64,000 bases of DNA from an uncultured Methanosarcinales archaeon (GCA_963843555.1 CAWJKV010000007.1:168073-232072); one strand, 5' to 3'; counted from the first letter of the stretch, positions 1 through 10,215 are shown. Notes: generated from the letters alone by a model not told the origin. Numbers and translations are program-made.

Positions 1-1734
1 TAAAGAACCAGGTACTATCTTCTCCTTCATCAGCACTGAACGTGCCAGCATGCCCCCGGAGATGTTCTTGGCTTTGAAACCATTCTGCAGAAGTATGCGC
101 GTCGCATAGTAGGCGCGCTGGCCGGAGCGGCAAAATACCAGTATATCGCGGTCTTTGGGCAGTTCGCCAAGGCGCATTCGGAGTTCATCCAGCGGTATGT
201 TGCATGCGCCCGGCACATTCTCTACGGTGATCTCCTCGGGATGACGCACATCGAGCAGGAACCCGTCCTCTCCGGAATTCCAGTGGCGAAGCGGCATATC
301 TCCCCGGAGTACATCGGCTGCAACCATCCCGGCGAAGTTAATGGCAGACTTGGCCATTCCGAACTGGGGCGCATAGCAAAGCTCAGATTCTTCCAGGTCA
401 TAAACCGTCAAGCCCATCTGGATGGCCATGGCAATGACATCGATCCGTTTGTCCACTCCCTCCAGACCCAGTGCCTGTGCCCCGAGAACGCGTCCGTCTG
501 ATTTCCGGAAAATCACTTTCATCGCCACCATCTTAGCATCCGGGTAATACCCTGCATGGGCATTGGGGAAGATGTAGATCTTTTCATAGTCCTTCTGGCC
601 GAGCCGGATGAGCTGATTTTCGCTAATTCCTGTCCAGGCCACTGCACCTTCAAATACTCCGACGATTGAGGTTCCCTGGCTTCCGCGGAAACGGGAGTCA
701 CGCCCTGAGATCACATCGGCAGCGATTCGGCCCTCCCGGTTTGCCGGGCCTGCCAGCGGGATCAAAGACGATTCACCAGTCACAAAATCTTTGATCTCAA
801 CTGCGTCTCCAACAGCAAAAATGTCCGGATTGCTGGTGCGCATGTGTTCATCCACGAGTATTCCTCCACGCTCACCGATTGTGATTCCGGCCATCTTTGC
901 AAGGGCAGTCTCCGGACGCACGCCAATTGCCAGTATCACAATATCCGCAGGATGGGCCTTGCCGGATTTTGTGAGAACCTGGAGCGATCCGTCAGGAGAT
1001 TTCTGGAATCCTGCGGCCCCATCGTTGAGTGCGAGCCGAACACCGTTCTTCTGAAGGTATCGATCAACGAAGCGCGACATCTCCGGATCAAGCCGCGGCA
1101 AGAGCTGCTCATGCTTATGGACAATCGTCACCTCAAGCCCTTGATGCATCAAGTTTTCAGCCATCTCGATGCCGATGAACCCTCCACCGATCACCACCCC
1201 GCGCATTGGTCTCTTCACTACCTGATATCCAGTGTACGAATTCATCCCGGCTTGTTCCTGTTTATATTGTTCAATCCAGGCGCGTATCTCCCGAGCATCA
1301 GGCACGTACCTCACCCTAAAGATTCCCGGAAGATCGATACCGGGCAAATCCGGACGGACCGGAGCAGCACCGGGAGCCAATACGAGCTTATCATAGGATT
1401 CAGTGCTAACTTCGCCGGTCTTGACATTCTTCAGCTGCACTGTTTTCTGCGCTGCCGAGATCCCGACCACCTCACAGAGTGTCCGCACATCAATGGAAAA
1501 CTGCTCATGGAACAGCTTTTCATCGGCTACCAGGAGGCTTGATTCTTTTTCGATCACCCCTCCGCAATAGTAGGGCAATCCGCAATTGGCGAACGAAACA
1601 TAGGTCCCTCGTTCCACCATGAGGATTTCTGCATTCTCATCCAGCCTGCGCAATCGTGCCGCACACGACGCACCACCGGCCACTCCGCCAACTATGACTA
1701 CCTTCTTTCCCGTCTTCTTACCAACTGGTTCCAT
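1..1734 (-). CDS. CoA-disulfide reductase / NAD(P)H persulfide reductase family FAD oxidoreductase with C-terminal rhodanese domain (3' end runs off window)
   Basis: Not in the ORF track because there is no stop inside the window. Manual translation from ATG 1734 gives MEPVGKKTGKKVVIVGGVAGGASCAARLRRLDE...SFANCGLPYY...PLAGPANREGRIAAD...FCRSGQRAYYA; the start and the C-terminal rhodanese segment are in the same frame. Confidence 0.9.
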   Translation of the reverse strand, partial: MEPVGKKTGKKVVIVGGVAGGASCAARLRRLDENAEILMVERGTYVSFANCGLPYYCGGVIEKESSLLVADEKLFHEQFSIDVRTLCEVVGISAAQKTVQLKNVKTGEVSTESYDKLVLAPGAAPVRPDLPGIDLPGIFRVRYVPDAREIRAWIEQYKQEQAGMNSYTGYQVVKRPMRGVVIGGGFIGIEMAENLMHQGLEVTIVHKHEQLLPRLDPEMSRFVDRYLQKNGVRLALNDGAAGFQKSPDGSLQVLTKSGKAHPADIVILAIGVRPETALAKMAGITIGERGGILVDEHMRTSNPDIFAVGDAVEIKDFVTGESSLIPLAGPANREGRIAADVISGRDSRFRGSQGTSIVGVFEGAVAWTGISENQLIRLGQKDYEKIYIFPNAHAGYYPDAKMVAMKVIFRKSDGRVLGAQALGLEGVDKRIDVIAMAIQMGLTVYDLEESELCYAPQFGMAKSAINFAGMVAADVLRGDMPLRHWNSGEDGFLLDVRHPEEITVENVPGACNIPLDELRMRLGELPKDRDILVFCRSGQRAYYATRILLQNGFKAKNISGGMLARSVLMKEKIVPGSL

Positions 1735-1748
1735 GGTTGATCCCTCCT

Positions 1749-2795
1749 TTAGACCTCATTAAACTGGATGATCACTTTGATGTCGCCGGGTTGTCTCACG
1801 AGAGCCTGCTGGAAATTCTCCGGCTTCTCACGGCGGGTGATCAGGCGGTTCAGCCATGTCCGGTCCGATGCAGCCAGATTCTGACCCGCTCTATACCAGT
1901 GACGCTTGTTTGCATTCACGCTGCCGACAATCAGGTTATTCTTCAGGACCACTGCTTTTGCGATGTCGCCCACAGCCCGACTTTGGACGCCGCCGGAGCC
2001 GACGCCCGTGAGACAGATGATCCCGCCCGATGCAACTTTCTGGATCGCGTCCCCAATCACCGATCCCACACCGGTGCACTCGACGATGATATCTGGATCG
2101 AAATCCAGATCCAGGACACTCCCGGTATGATACGTCGCCCCCAGGGCATTGACGAGATCTGGCTTTGGTCCGGTGTCATTGCGATCGAGCACGTGGACAT
2201 CAATGTTATTCGCTTTCAAACGGAGCGTCGCCAACATACCAATCGGCCCTGCGCCGGTCACCAGCGCGGTCCTGGGCTCCCAGAAGGCGCGTTGGCCAGC
2301 TCGTAAGACCTGTTCCAATGCCTTGGTGATCACCGTCATCGGTTCGAGCAGCACGCCGAGGATGCCCAGGGAAGAGTCCACCTTGATGGCGTATTCGGGT
2401 TCGATCCGCCAGCGTTCCGACATAAATCCGTGGATTTCTTTGATTCCGCGCTCGGTGTACTGGCCGTTGGTGCACATGTCCCACTCGCCCACCGCACAGT
2501 TGGGGCAGGGAACAGGGTCCGGACGGCGGACGATGCCGACCACCAGGTCGCCCTTTTTGAAAGAACTGCGTGGCCCCGGATCGATGACGCGGCCGAGGGA
2601 CTCGTGACCCAGCACCAGCCGGGACTTTCCAGGCGGCGCCCAGCCGTAATTCCCCGAGACGATGTCGACGTCCGTCCCGCAGACGCCGACAGCCACGGCT
2701 TCAACAAGGATCGAGCCCTCACTCTCATCGGGCTCCGGGAAATCCTCGTAGCGTGCTGACCCTGGCTTCATAGGTTCTACAGTGATTGCTTTCAT
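1749..2795 (-). CDS. Zn-dependent glucose 1-dehydrogenase (medium-chain dehydrogenase family)
   Basis: GVCGTD, LVLGHESLG, VRRP-x-CPNC-x7-C, GAGPIG and GSVN motifs typical of archaeal-type GDH. Confidence 0.88.
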   Translation of the reverse strand: MKAITVEPMKPGSARYEDFPEPDESEGSILVEAVAVGVCGTDVDIVSGNYGWAPPGKSRLVLGHESLGRVIDPGPRSSFKKGDLVVGIVRRPDPVPCPNCAVGEWDMCTNGQYTERGIKEIHGFMSERWRIEPEYAIKVDSSLGILGVLLEPMTVITKALEQVLRAGQRAFWEPRTALVTGAGPIGMLATLRLKANNIDVHVLDRNDTGPKPDLVNALGATYHTGSVLDLDFDPDIIVECTGVGSVIGDAIQKVASGGIICLTGVGSGGVQSRAVGDIAKAVVLKNNLIVGSVNANKRHWYRAGQNLAASDRTWLNRLITRREKPENFQQALVRQPGDIKVIIQFNEV

Positions 2796-2848
2796 TCATG
2801 TAATCTCCTTGCACTTAACTAATCGAATTGTTTTGCTTGCAGATTGTT

Positions 2849-3955
2849 TCAAGCACTTGATAGTTGGATACAAACCGGCGTTGGCACTGCGGCCACGTGC
2901 CCGGTTGCCTGCAGCATCCCGGAATCCTGATCGATCCAGAATGTGACCACGGTGTCCGTATCCTGGTTTGCCACAAGCATCAGTGCACCTGATGGATCGA
3001 TGATGAAAGCGCGGGGACCTGCTCCCTGCGTCAATTCATGCCCGACAACCGACAACAGGCCGGTCTCGGGGTCGACGGCATAGATCACCAGGCTATCATG
3101 CCCCCGATTTGAGGCGTAGACAAAGCGACCGGAAGGCGCAACCATGATCTCCCCGCCCAGGTTCTGGCCTGTGAAGTCGTAGGGGATGGTGGAAATGGTC
3201 TGTAACGCCTCAAATGTGCCCTGATGCTCCTGGTAGCGGCAAACTGTGACCGTGGATTGTAGTTCGCTGATGACGTAGGCGAAGGGTCGGTGTGGATGAA
3301 ATGCCAGATGGCGCGGGCCTGTGCCGGGCGGCAGCTCTGTCCAGGGAGGATCGGCAGGGCTTAGCGTGCCCCGCTCCCTATCGAGGCAAAACGCCATCAG
3401 CCTGTCCGTGCCCAGGTCAACCGCCAGTATGAAGCCGCCATCGGGGCTTGGCACAACCATATGGGCATGCGGGCTTTCCTGACGTTCGGGATTGGGCCCG
3501 GAACCGGAAAACTGAACTGTATCGGTTGCCTCTCCCAGGCTCCCGTCCTTTAGGATCGGCAAAACGCATATGTTGCCTGTCTCATAGTTGGCCACCAGGC
3601 AATAGCGTCCTGCAGGATCAATGCTTGCGTAGCAGGGAGCCGTGCCATGGGTTGATTGTTCATTCAGGTAGCTCAGATGCCCTGTTACCGGATCGATGGC
3701 AAAGACGCTCAAAGTCCCGTTAGGGGCTTCGCTTTTATAGAATTCGTTGACGGCGTACAGACGGTTTCTGTCCGGCCCCAGGATCAGAAACGAGGGATTG
3801 ACCGTTCCGGCACCGGCTACAGTGGCGGCGTAGGTCAACTCACCTGAACTCAGATCCAGGTGATAGATGTAGATACCTTCGGCTTTGCCGTCAACAAATG
3901 ACTCGCGCCGTGTATATGTTCCAATGTAGGTGATGATGCGATCTGAACTTACCAT
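2849..3955 (-). CDS. pgl: 6-phosphogluconolactonase (beta-propeller lactonase)
   Basis: YIGTYT, NPSF, LVANY, RQESPHAH, GPRHLAFHP, YASNRGHDS motifs. Confidence 0.92.
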   Translation of the reverse strand: MVSSDRIITYIGTYTRRESFVDGKAEGIYIYHLDLSSGELTYAATVAGAGTVNPSFLILGPDRNRLYAVNEFYKSEAPNGTLSVFAIDPVTGHLSYLNEQSTHGTAPCYASIDPAGRYCLVANYETGNICVLPILKDGSLGEATDTVQFSGSGPNPERQESPHAHMVVPSPDGGFILAVDLGTDRLMAFCLDRERGTLSPADPPWTELPPGTGPRHLAFHPHRPFAYVISELQSTVTVCRYQEHQGTFEALQTISTIPYDFTGQNLGGEIMVAPSGRFVYASNRGHDSLVIYAVDPETGLLSVVGHELTQGAGPRAFIIDPSGALMLVANQDTDTVVTFWIDQDSGMLQATGHVAAVPTPVCIQLSSA

Positions 3956-4001
3956 ATCTGCAGCCTCCTTATGAAGAATTGCATATGAATCTAATCAGGA
4001 A

Positions 4002-4937
4002 TCAGATGGGGTGAATCCTGCTCGTTCTCCTCTCATTGGCTATGTATTCGGACTTTCCATATGGATGTCCGCCAAATCCATGGCGAATTATGGCTATTGC
4101 TCTGGCTGCATCGCTATCCTTATTTCTGGACCTGAAAAGCTCAATGACCGATTGGGTAATTACCGGCAGAGGAATCTCTTTTTCGATACCTTCCTGAACC
4201 AGCCAGTTGACCTCTCCTGTGTCCTCGATGTAGTCAGGAACTTCTTTAAGATCCTTGAAGTCTCCCAGACCCTTTTCCATCAACTCCACCAGCCAGCTCC
4301 TTATAACTGATCCATGTGACCAGACTCCAAAGATGTCACGCATATTCAGGTCGAAATCGGCGTGTTGCAGAAGCTCTACCCCTTCGCCTATGGCCTGAAG
4401 CATTCCAAACTCAATTCCGTTGTGCACCAGCTTAACAAAATGCCCGCTCCCCGGTTTTCCCGTGTGCAGATAACCTCCTTCAACTGCCAGAGCCTTCAAG
4501 ATCGGCTCGCAGATCACAGCTGCTTCGGGCCTTCCACCAATCATGAAACAGGCTCCGTGACGTGCACCATCAATTCCACCACTGGTGCCGCAATCAACGA
4601 AATAGATACCTTGCTTCGAGATCTCCTCTTCTCTGCGGATGGAATCTTTGTAGTAGGAGTTGCCTCCATCCAGGATGACATCACCTTTCTCCAGGTGGGG
4701 AATTAGCTCTTTCAAAACCAGGTCAACTGTAGGTCCTGCTGGAAGAGATAGAAATATGACTCTAGGGTGGCTTAAATTTGCCAAAAAATTTGTGTAATCC
4801 TCTACTACTAATACCCCATTTTGGGTCAATTCAGGCTTTTGTCCCCTCGCCTTTCCCACGATCTTGATGCCCTTTTCCACACCGTGGAGGGCGATGTTCG
4901 CACCCATTTTGCCAAGACCGATAATTCCAAGTTCCAT
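4002..4937 (-). CDS. gnd: 6-phosphogluconate dehydrogenase (decarboxylating), short YqeC-like form
   Basis: GLGKMG, DGGNS, DCGTSGG, GHFVKLVHNGIEFG, RHGFGGH. Confidence 0.92.
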   Translation of the reverse strand: MELGIIGLGKMGANIALHGVEKGIKIVGKARGQKPELTQNGVLVVEDYTNFLANLSHPRVIFLSLPAGPTVDLVLKELIPHLEKGDVILDGGNSYYKDSIRREEEISKQGIYFVDCGTSGGIDGARHGACFMIGGRPEAAVICEPILKALAVEGGYLHTGKPGSGHFVKLVHNGIEFGMLQAIGEGVELLQHADFDLNMRDIFGVWSHGSVIRSWLVELMEKGLGDFKDLKEVPDYIEDTGEVNWLVQEGIEKEIPLPVITQSVIELFRSRNKDSDAARAIAIIRHGFGGHPYGKSEYIANERRTSRIHPI

Positions 4938-5004
4938 CTCCAGTACATCCAGATATTATCAAATGTTGATATTTCTGGTAATTTATAGATATTTGAGATG
5001 CAAT

Positions 5005-5028
5005 CATAAAAGTATGAATAGTTATGAA
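5005..5028 (-). promoter_or_regulatory. 24-bp operator-like motif, copy 1 (upstream of gnd operon)
   Basis: TTCATAACTATTCATACTTTTATG on the minus strand; TATAAAT begins after a 17-bp gap, at 4987. Confidence 0.8.
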
Positions 5029-5137
5029 GGCTCCAACGCTCCTGGGAGACAGGCTCATTGGGGCTGGCTTTATTGGTTTCCAAAGACCGCTGGAATCACC
5101 ATCATACGGCAAAGACATCCGCGATTTCGTTAATTAG

Positions 5138-5758
5138 CTATGCCTCCTTATCGCCAGTGAGATGGGGAGAGAAAGAGTAGTATAATTGCGCCGCAATATA
5201 CCCGGCAAGAGCGATCTTTGGAGAGATTAATGCAAGGATCATTGCAAAGCCAGTAATAGCGGCGGCAAATTGCCGCCTCCTCTTCAAAGCATTAAGCTCG
5301 CCTCTTGCCGATTCATCGACGAGGATATGGGGAGTGGTGACTGCTGAACGTATGATTGTGTTCATCATAGCCGATGCCGCCAGTAGATTTAAACCGTAGA
5401 TTACCACCGGGAAAGCTGAATAGAGGCTATTGATGTGAGTAGCCATGAACTTCGTAGTGAATGGAAGCAGCGACACGAAGAACAGCATTAAAAGAGTAAA
5501 TCGGTATGTCCGGGGGGTCTCTTGTTTGGTCAAATAGGTAATTTCAGAATGCGCCAGCCAAAAGCTACCGATAAATGCAAAGCTAATGATGTACGCGATG
5601 AAATCAGGCCATAATGGCATGAGCGCTGTAATATCTTCGGATACCTCTGGTATAGGAAGATCGAGCACCAGTAATGTGATGACTATTGCAAACACGCCAT
5701 CGGCGAATGCATCTAAACGACCTTTGGGCAGGGATTTAATCATTGTTATCAACCTCAC
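5138..5758 (-). CDS. TMEM175 family (DUF1211) potassium channel, copy 1
   Basis: RLDAFADGVFAIVITLLVLDL, FW-x-x-H and LLPFTT; 6 TM helices; start may be at MIKS (5743). Confidence 0.9.
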   Translation of the reverse strand: MRLITMIKSLPKGRLDAFADGVFAIVITLLVLDLPIPEVSEDITALMPLWPDFIAYIISFAFIGSFWLAHSEITYLTKQETPRTYRFTLLMLFFVSLLPFTTKFMATHINSLYSAFPVVIYGLNLLAASAMMNTIIRSAVTTPHILVDESARGELNALKRRRQFAAAITGFAMILALISPKIALAGYIAAQLYYSFSPHLTGDKEA

Positions 5759-5817
5759 ACTAGAACCTGCTTCTTCCTTCTGGCTTTTGCCCTCTCGCCT
5801 TTCCCATCTTCATCCCT

Positions 5818-7083
5818 TCATCTATCTTTTGCATCAGCTCCGGTCGTGACTGTGGCGAACTGCCGTGTCCCTCCGTCGCGGTCCGAGAGGGCGCTGATCA
5901 GGATCGTTTCCTCCGGTCTGGGCGTGTCTGGCAGTTGGACGTGCACGATCACGCTCGCCGATTCGCTGGGATTCAGAACTGGTGTCCGTCCCGGGATAAG
6001 GCTGGCTGACCAGGGCGGAGGAGCCGAAGGCCAGGTGAAGTCCTCGGCCATCAGGGCGTAATCGGTAGGCTGCGTGTCCTGGTTGGTCACCGTGACGCTG
6101 TATGATACCACGCTGCCAGGTGATCCCTGGCCCGTCTGGTTGGCCGGGCTGAGGTCGATCCCAGGATCTGACTGTAGCACGACTTGAGGATCGTCGCCCT
6201 GCTCAGGTCCCCACACCTCTCGCCAGGGACCCGAATCGGGTTTCAGGTACAGGTCAAAGAAAGTCAACATCTCGCGGCGCGCGATCTCCAATTGTTCCGC
6301 ACGCGGCAGCGAGCCTGAGTCGCAGAATGGGATGTTGCTGTCCAGGAAGCCACAGTGACACCCTCCCTGGATGAGCAATAATTGGCGCGGTGGCCGGGCC
6401 ACGGTGTACATCGCCTGCGTGTTGGTCTGCCAGTCCACGATGTCGTCCTGATCGCCCGTAATCAGCCGCACTGGCGCGCTGATGTTCGGCATTTGGGCGA
6501 TGGCCGAGGGATTGGTCTCGGCAGCAGCCAGCGTGATCAGAGCCCGCACGCGCGAGTCGGCTGCCGCGGCCAGGATGCTCGAGCCGCCGCCCATCGAATG
6601 ACCGGCTATGCCAAAATGGGCGGTGTCCACCTGCCCGAAGAGCCATGAATCGGGATTCGCGTTCTCCGACTCCAAAAAGTCAAGGCTGTAGCGAAAGTCT
6701 TCTGCGAATCCCTGGTGGCTGGGGAACAAGAAGGTCATGTACGACATGGGAGCGATCACCAGGTAGCCATGGGATGCCAGGTGTTCCAAGGTGCTGCGGT
6801 AGGAGTTCGGATGCACCGTGAAGCCGTGGCCGAAGGTTACAGCCGGATAGGGTGCGCTGCTGCCATTGTACGGCGCGCCGTCGCCTGCGGTCGTGGCGGG
6901 ATAGTACAACTGGGATGTGAAGGTCTGGCCGTTGGGGCGGAGAATGGTCACGACCTGAAGGCCAGCGCCAAAGGGACCTGGATCGGCCAGATCGGCGTCT
7001 ACGGCTGTGCTCTGCCCCAGCACCCCCAGCAGCAAGGTGAGCAAGCAGGTCGTAGAAATCCAAACCGAGTTGTGCGTGGACAT
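5818..7083 (-). CDS. Secreted alpha/beta hydrolase (chlorophyllase/cutinase-like) with C-terminal Ig-like domain
   Basis: Signal peptide; HGF oxyanion motif, HLASHGY, GHSMGGG nucleophile elbow, GDQD Asp, GGCH His; beta-rich C-terminus. Confidence 0.85.
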   Translation of the reverse strand: MSTHNSVWISTTCLLTLLLGVLGQSTAVDADLADPGPFGAGLQVVTILRPNGQTFTSQLYYPATTAGDGAPYNGSSAPYPAVTFGHGFTVHPNSYRSTLEHLASHGYLVIAPMSYMTFLFPSHQGFAEDFRYSLDFLESENANPDSWLFGQVDTAHFGIAGHSMGGGSSILAAAADSRVRALITLAAAETNPSAIAQMPNISAPVRLITGDQDDIVDWQTNTQAMYTVARPPRQLLLIQGGCHCGFLDSNIPFCDSGSLPRAEQLEIARREMLTFFDLYLKPDSGPWREVWGPEQGDDPQVVLQSDPGIDLSPANQTGQGSPGSVVSYSVTVTNQDTQPTDYALMAEDFTWPSAPPPWSASLIPGRTPVLNPSESASVIVHVQLPDTPRPEETILISALSDRDGGTRQFATVTTGADAKDR

Positions 7084-7338
7084 GGAGTCACCTAGAACTT
7101 GTTATTGAAGGCAGTAAAGACCAGATTTGATACTGGAAGTACTTCAGAGCTATTCTGACTTGCATTGTCATGACTGGTTGGTTTAGTGAATTGGTACTTA
7201 ATGGATTCTCTTGCGAGAGGGATTTGGCGGATAAAGTAGTCTTGCCGAGGTTATCTCTGACAAACTCGTCAAAGCTGGACATGCCAATGTTAATGAAGGA
7301 TCGCCCATGAAGTTGTATGAAGAGCTAAACGCGAATCT

Positions 7339-8397
7339 TCAAAATCCGGACAATGATGTTGTCATCAACTCTTGGTCCCCCTTTACGCTCACCTGAATGG
7401 AAGAGCTTCGTTTTAACATCTCCTTCATCCAAATAGAATCCTTCACCATGCCTGCCCTGCTTACCGGATCATAATACTCAAACGACCACGATCCATTATT
7501 CTGGGAGGCATTTACGGCTACAGCGCAAGCCCTCCACCGGAAAAGCACAACCTTTGGGTCAGAATCAGCGAGATGCAAAGCCTCTTTCAGATCCGAAGCT
7601 GAATTTGGATCTCCAGAGTCCCGTTCTACATGCAGTCGAGGGTAAGAAGCAATGTATGACATATTGTTGCTGAGAGAGTTGTAGCTATAGACCTGGAAAC
7701 TGCTTTCATTCTTGTTCAGAATATTCCATTGAAAAAGGCTCCAATCGGGAAAGATCTCAAAATCTCCTTTAAGGTTTCCCGCAATATTTCCATGATTTTC
7801 GAGAGCAAGAGCCCTCTCTTTTCCCTCCACTCGCGCGCCTCCGACCACCAATATCATGATCAGAAACAGCACTAAGAGCTTGTTATTTGTGTTTCGGGAA
7901 ACGGATTTCCTTCCAAAGAAACCTCTGATTAACCACAGGGCTATGCACACGCTGGACACCAAGATTATGATCTCATAATGGAAGAGCAGCTCCGCTGAGA
8001 ATCTTGCTGTATCCAAGGGATAAAGCAGGGGCACTCCCTTAGTGATGAGATAATCCAGGAATAGGTGCATAAGGACTCCGGCGAACGCCAGAGCTGCCAC
8101 TGGCCAGGAGAGGCTGAAATCAATTCCAGTCCAGCGCATGAAGATGTCTCTGGCCGGTGGTCGCGAGATCAGGAGCATAGCTACCAGAGCTGTCAAGGAA
8201 CCGAATATCAATGAATGGGTTATCCCCCGATGTACCAGGAGAAGATCTGGCGAGGGAAAGATTATTGCGAGCCAGATGATGAAGACATCCAGGTCCGGGG
8301 CCACTCCTCCGATTACAAAGGCCGCTAGCAGCTTTCTATCCAACTTGAAGGAGCTTCCCAAAAGATACGGCAACACCGCATGAGAAATTATGTCCAT
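7339..8397 (-). CDS. Membrane-bound metal-dependent hydrolase (YdjM-like)
   Basis: MDIISH, PDLD, HRGITHS, HLFLD motifs. Confidence 0.85.
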   Translation of the reverse strand: MDIISHAVLPYLLGSSFKLDRKLLAAFVIGGVAPDLDVFIIWLAIIFPSPDLLLVHRGITHSLIFGSLTALVAMLLISRPPARDIFMRWTGIDFSLSWPVAALAFAGVLMHLFLDYLITKGVPLLYPLDTARFSAELLFHYEIIILVSSVCIALWLIRGFFGRKSVSRNTNNKLLVLFLIMILVVGGARVEGKERALALENHGNIAGNLKGDFEIFPDWSLFQWNILNKNESSFQVYSYNSLSNNMSYIASYPRLHVERDSGDPNSASDLKEALHLADSDPKVVLFRWRACAVAVNASQNNGSWSFEYYDPVSRAGMVKDSIWMKEMLKRSSSIQVSVKGDQELMTTSLSGF

Positions 8398-8813
8398 TCA
8401 ATTCTCTGGGCTTGATATCTCTTAATCATTCATTTTCCGATTGATGGATTAATTTCCGCTATACCTTTCAAATAACATCTTGGATACATATAAATGCTTT
8501 GCAGTAGCAGTCAACTTTTCGGCATCCACTTGAATCGCTTCCTATGACTTGGCCGGGGACTGGCTCGCTTCACGCAAAAGTCGTCACTTATGTCAAGCGG
8601 TCACGGCTCGTTTAAGCCTTTCTAATGCGAATACTGTCGCTTAAAAGGAGATGATGGTCCAAGTAAAATCCCTCATTTGAGTTTTTCGAAACATTTATTT
8701 ACCATTACTCAGATACCCAAACTCTAGCATTATCGTCAGATTGGCAAGCAATCAACTGGATAGACTGAGGGAATATGCGACGAAAACGGTTTCTGAGATG
8801 GAGTTGAATCGCG

Positions 8814-9899
8814 ATGACGGTAACCTCTGATATGATGATAGTATACGCCGTAATCATAAGTCGCTTCTTGTTGCCTCTTGCCATTCCGCGATTTCCTCTT
8901 CCTGCAGTCGTGGCCTGCATGCTGTTGGATGCAGCAGACTACCAAATTTTCAACTTCTTCACAAGTCTGCCTATTGAAAGCCTGGAATTCTATCAAGGCT
9001 ATGATAAATCTCTTGATATCTATTATTTGGGCATAGCCTATATTTCCACGCTTCGCAATTGGACAAATCCCTTCGCGTTCAAGCTTGACAAGTTCCTCTT
9101 CTTTTACCGTCTTGTAGGTGTGGCCCTCTTCGAGCTGACTCAGATTAGAGCAGTTCTGCTCATCTTTCCCAACACCTTCGAGTATTTCTTTATCGCAATC
9201 GAGGCCTTCCGCATGAGGCAAGACCCACGGAAGCTCACCAAGAGATTATTGATTATCATTGCAGCATTCATCTGGATCTACATCAAGCTCCCACAGGAGT
9301 TATGGATTCATATCATCCAGCCAAATTACCCCGATCTGATCACTGATAATCCATGGACTATATTGGTTGCAGCAGTATGGTTTGCAGGAATAGCAGCATT
9401 TGCATGGTGGCTGCTGAAAGAGAAGCAGGCCGGTAGGCAGGTTTCATTCAAGGCGGATCCCATTCCCCAGGATTTAGCATTAAAAGCCGAGCAAAGAGGC
9501 ACGACTTCGAAGTCCAATCGCTTCCTCGATGCAGCGCTCATAGAAAAGATTGCAATGATCTCGCTTCTCAGCGTTATCTTTGCCCAGGTACTCCCGGATG
9601 TAAAGGCCAGCGGCATCCAGATCGCCATCGGAGTGGCTTTATTAGTGATAGTTAACACTGCACTCAGCCACTGGCTTTCCAGGCGCGGGACTGAGTGGAA
9701 GTCCATTTTACAGGAGTTCGTCGTCATGGCGCTGGTGAATTTCAGCCTGATCCTGGCAGCTGACTTTCTGCTGCCCAGATTCGATGGCTCAATCAATCTT
9801 AGCACCGCGTTGTTCTTTGTCCTGCTCCTGACTCTGAATGTTACCCTCTATGACAGATATCACCAGATATATGTGCACCGATTTGCAGACAGTGGATAG
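8814..9899 (+). CDS. Polytopic membrane protein of unknown function
   Basis: 361 aa, about 10 hydrophobic segments, RBS-like GGAG upstream. Confidence 0.75.
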   Translation: MTVTSDMMIVYAVIISRFLLPLAIPRFPLPAVVACMLLDAADYQIFNFFTSLPIESLEFYQGYDKSLDIYYLGIAYISTLRNWTNPFAFKLDKFLFFYRLVGVALFELTQIRAVLLIFPNTFEYFFIAIEAFRMRQDPRKLTKRLLIIIAAFIWIYIKLPQELWIHIIQPNYPDLITDNPWTILVAAVWFAGIAAFAWWLLKEKQAGRQVSFKADPIPQDLALKAEQRGTTSKSNRFLDAALIEKIAMISLLSVIFAQVLPDVKASGIQIAIGVALLVIVNTALSHWLSRRGTEWKSILQEFVVMALVNFSLILAADFLLPRFDGSINLSTALFFVLLLTLNVTLYDRYHQIYVHRFADSG

Positions 9900-10131
9900 T
9901 TGAGGTTGCGACGGCGGACGGCGGAACCCTCTGCAAGCTACGGGATAGTCCTTAAGTTCGATTTCCCTGACCAACCCAGCCTGCAGTTCGAACTACCCTC
10001 CCAGTAAGGTCGTTATTATTTGCGATTATGATTCCGATAATGGCGGTTCCTAATCCCATCGTAACCTTGGCGGATGAGTTGCGCTCATGTGCTCGGTAGT
10101 ATACGATTTACAGCAACATGACACGCTACCG

Positions 10132-10155
10132 TTCATAACTTATCATACTTCTATG
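10132..10155 (+). promoter_or_regulatory. 24-bp operator-like motif, copy 2 (upstream of crystallin gene)
   Basis: TTCATAACTTATCATACTTCTATG (21/24 to copy 1); TATTAATT at 10173 after a 17-bp gap. Confidence 0.7.
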
Positions 10156-10215
10156 ATTCTTTCTTAAATAAGTATTAATTTGATGGAATTCCAATAAGTC
10201 TGATTAGGTGATAAA

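Noticed and set aside
241..1542. Plus-strand ORFs 241-501, 791-1054 and 844-1542
   Set aside because: Antisense shadows of the CoA-disulfide reductase gene; the same applies to most long overlapping ORFs elsewhere (e.g. 35889-36923, 42349-43323, 56115-56936)
7306..7325. Motif-like CATGAAGTTGTATGAA upstream of the alpha/beta hydrolase
   Set aside because: Wrong spacer length, poor match and no TATA at the fixed distance
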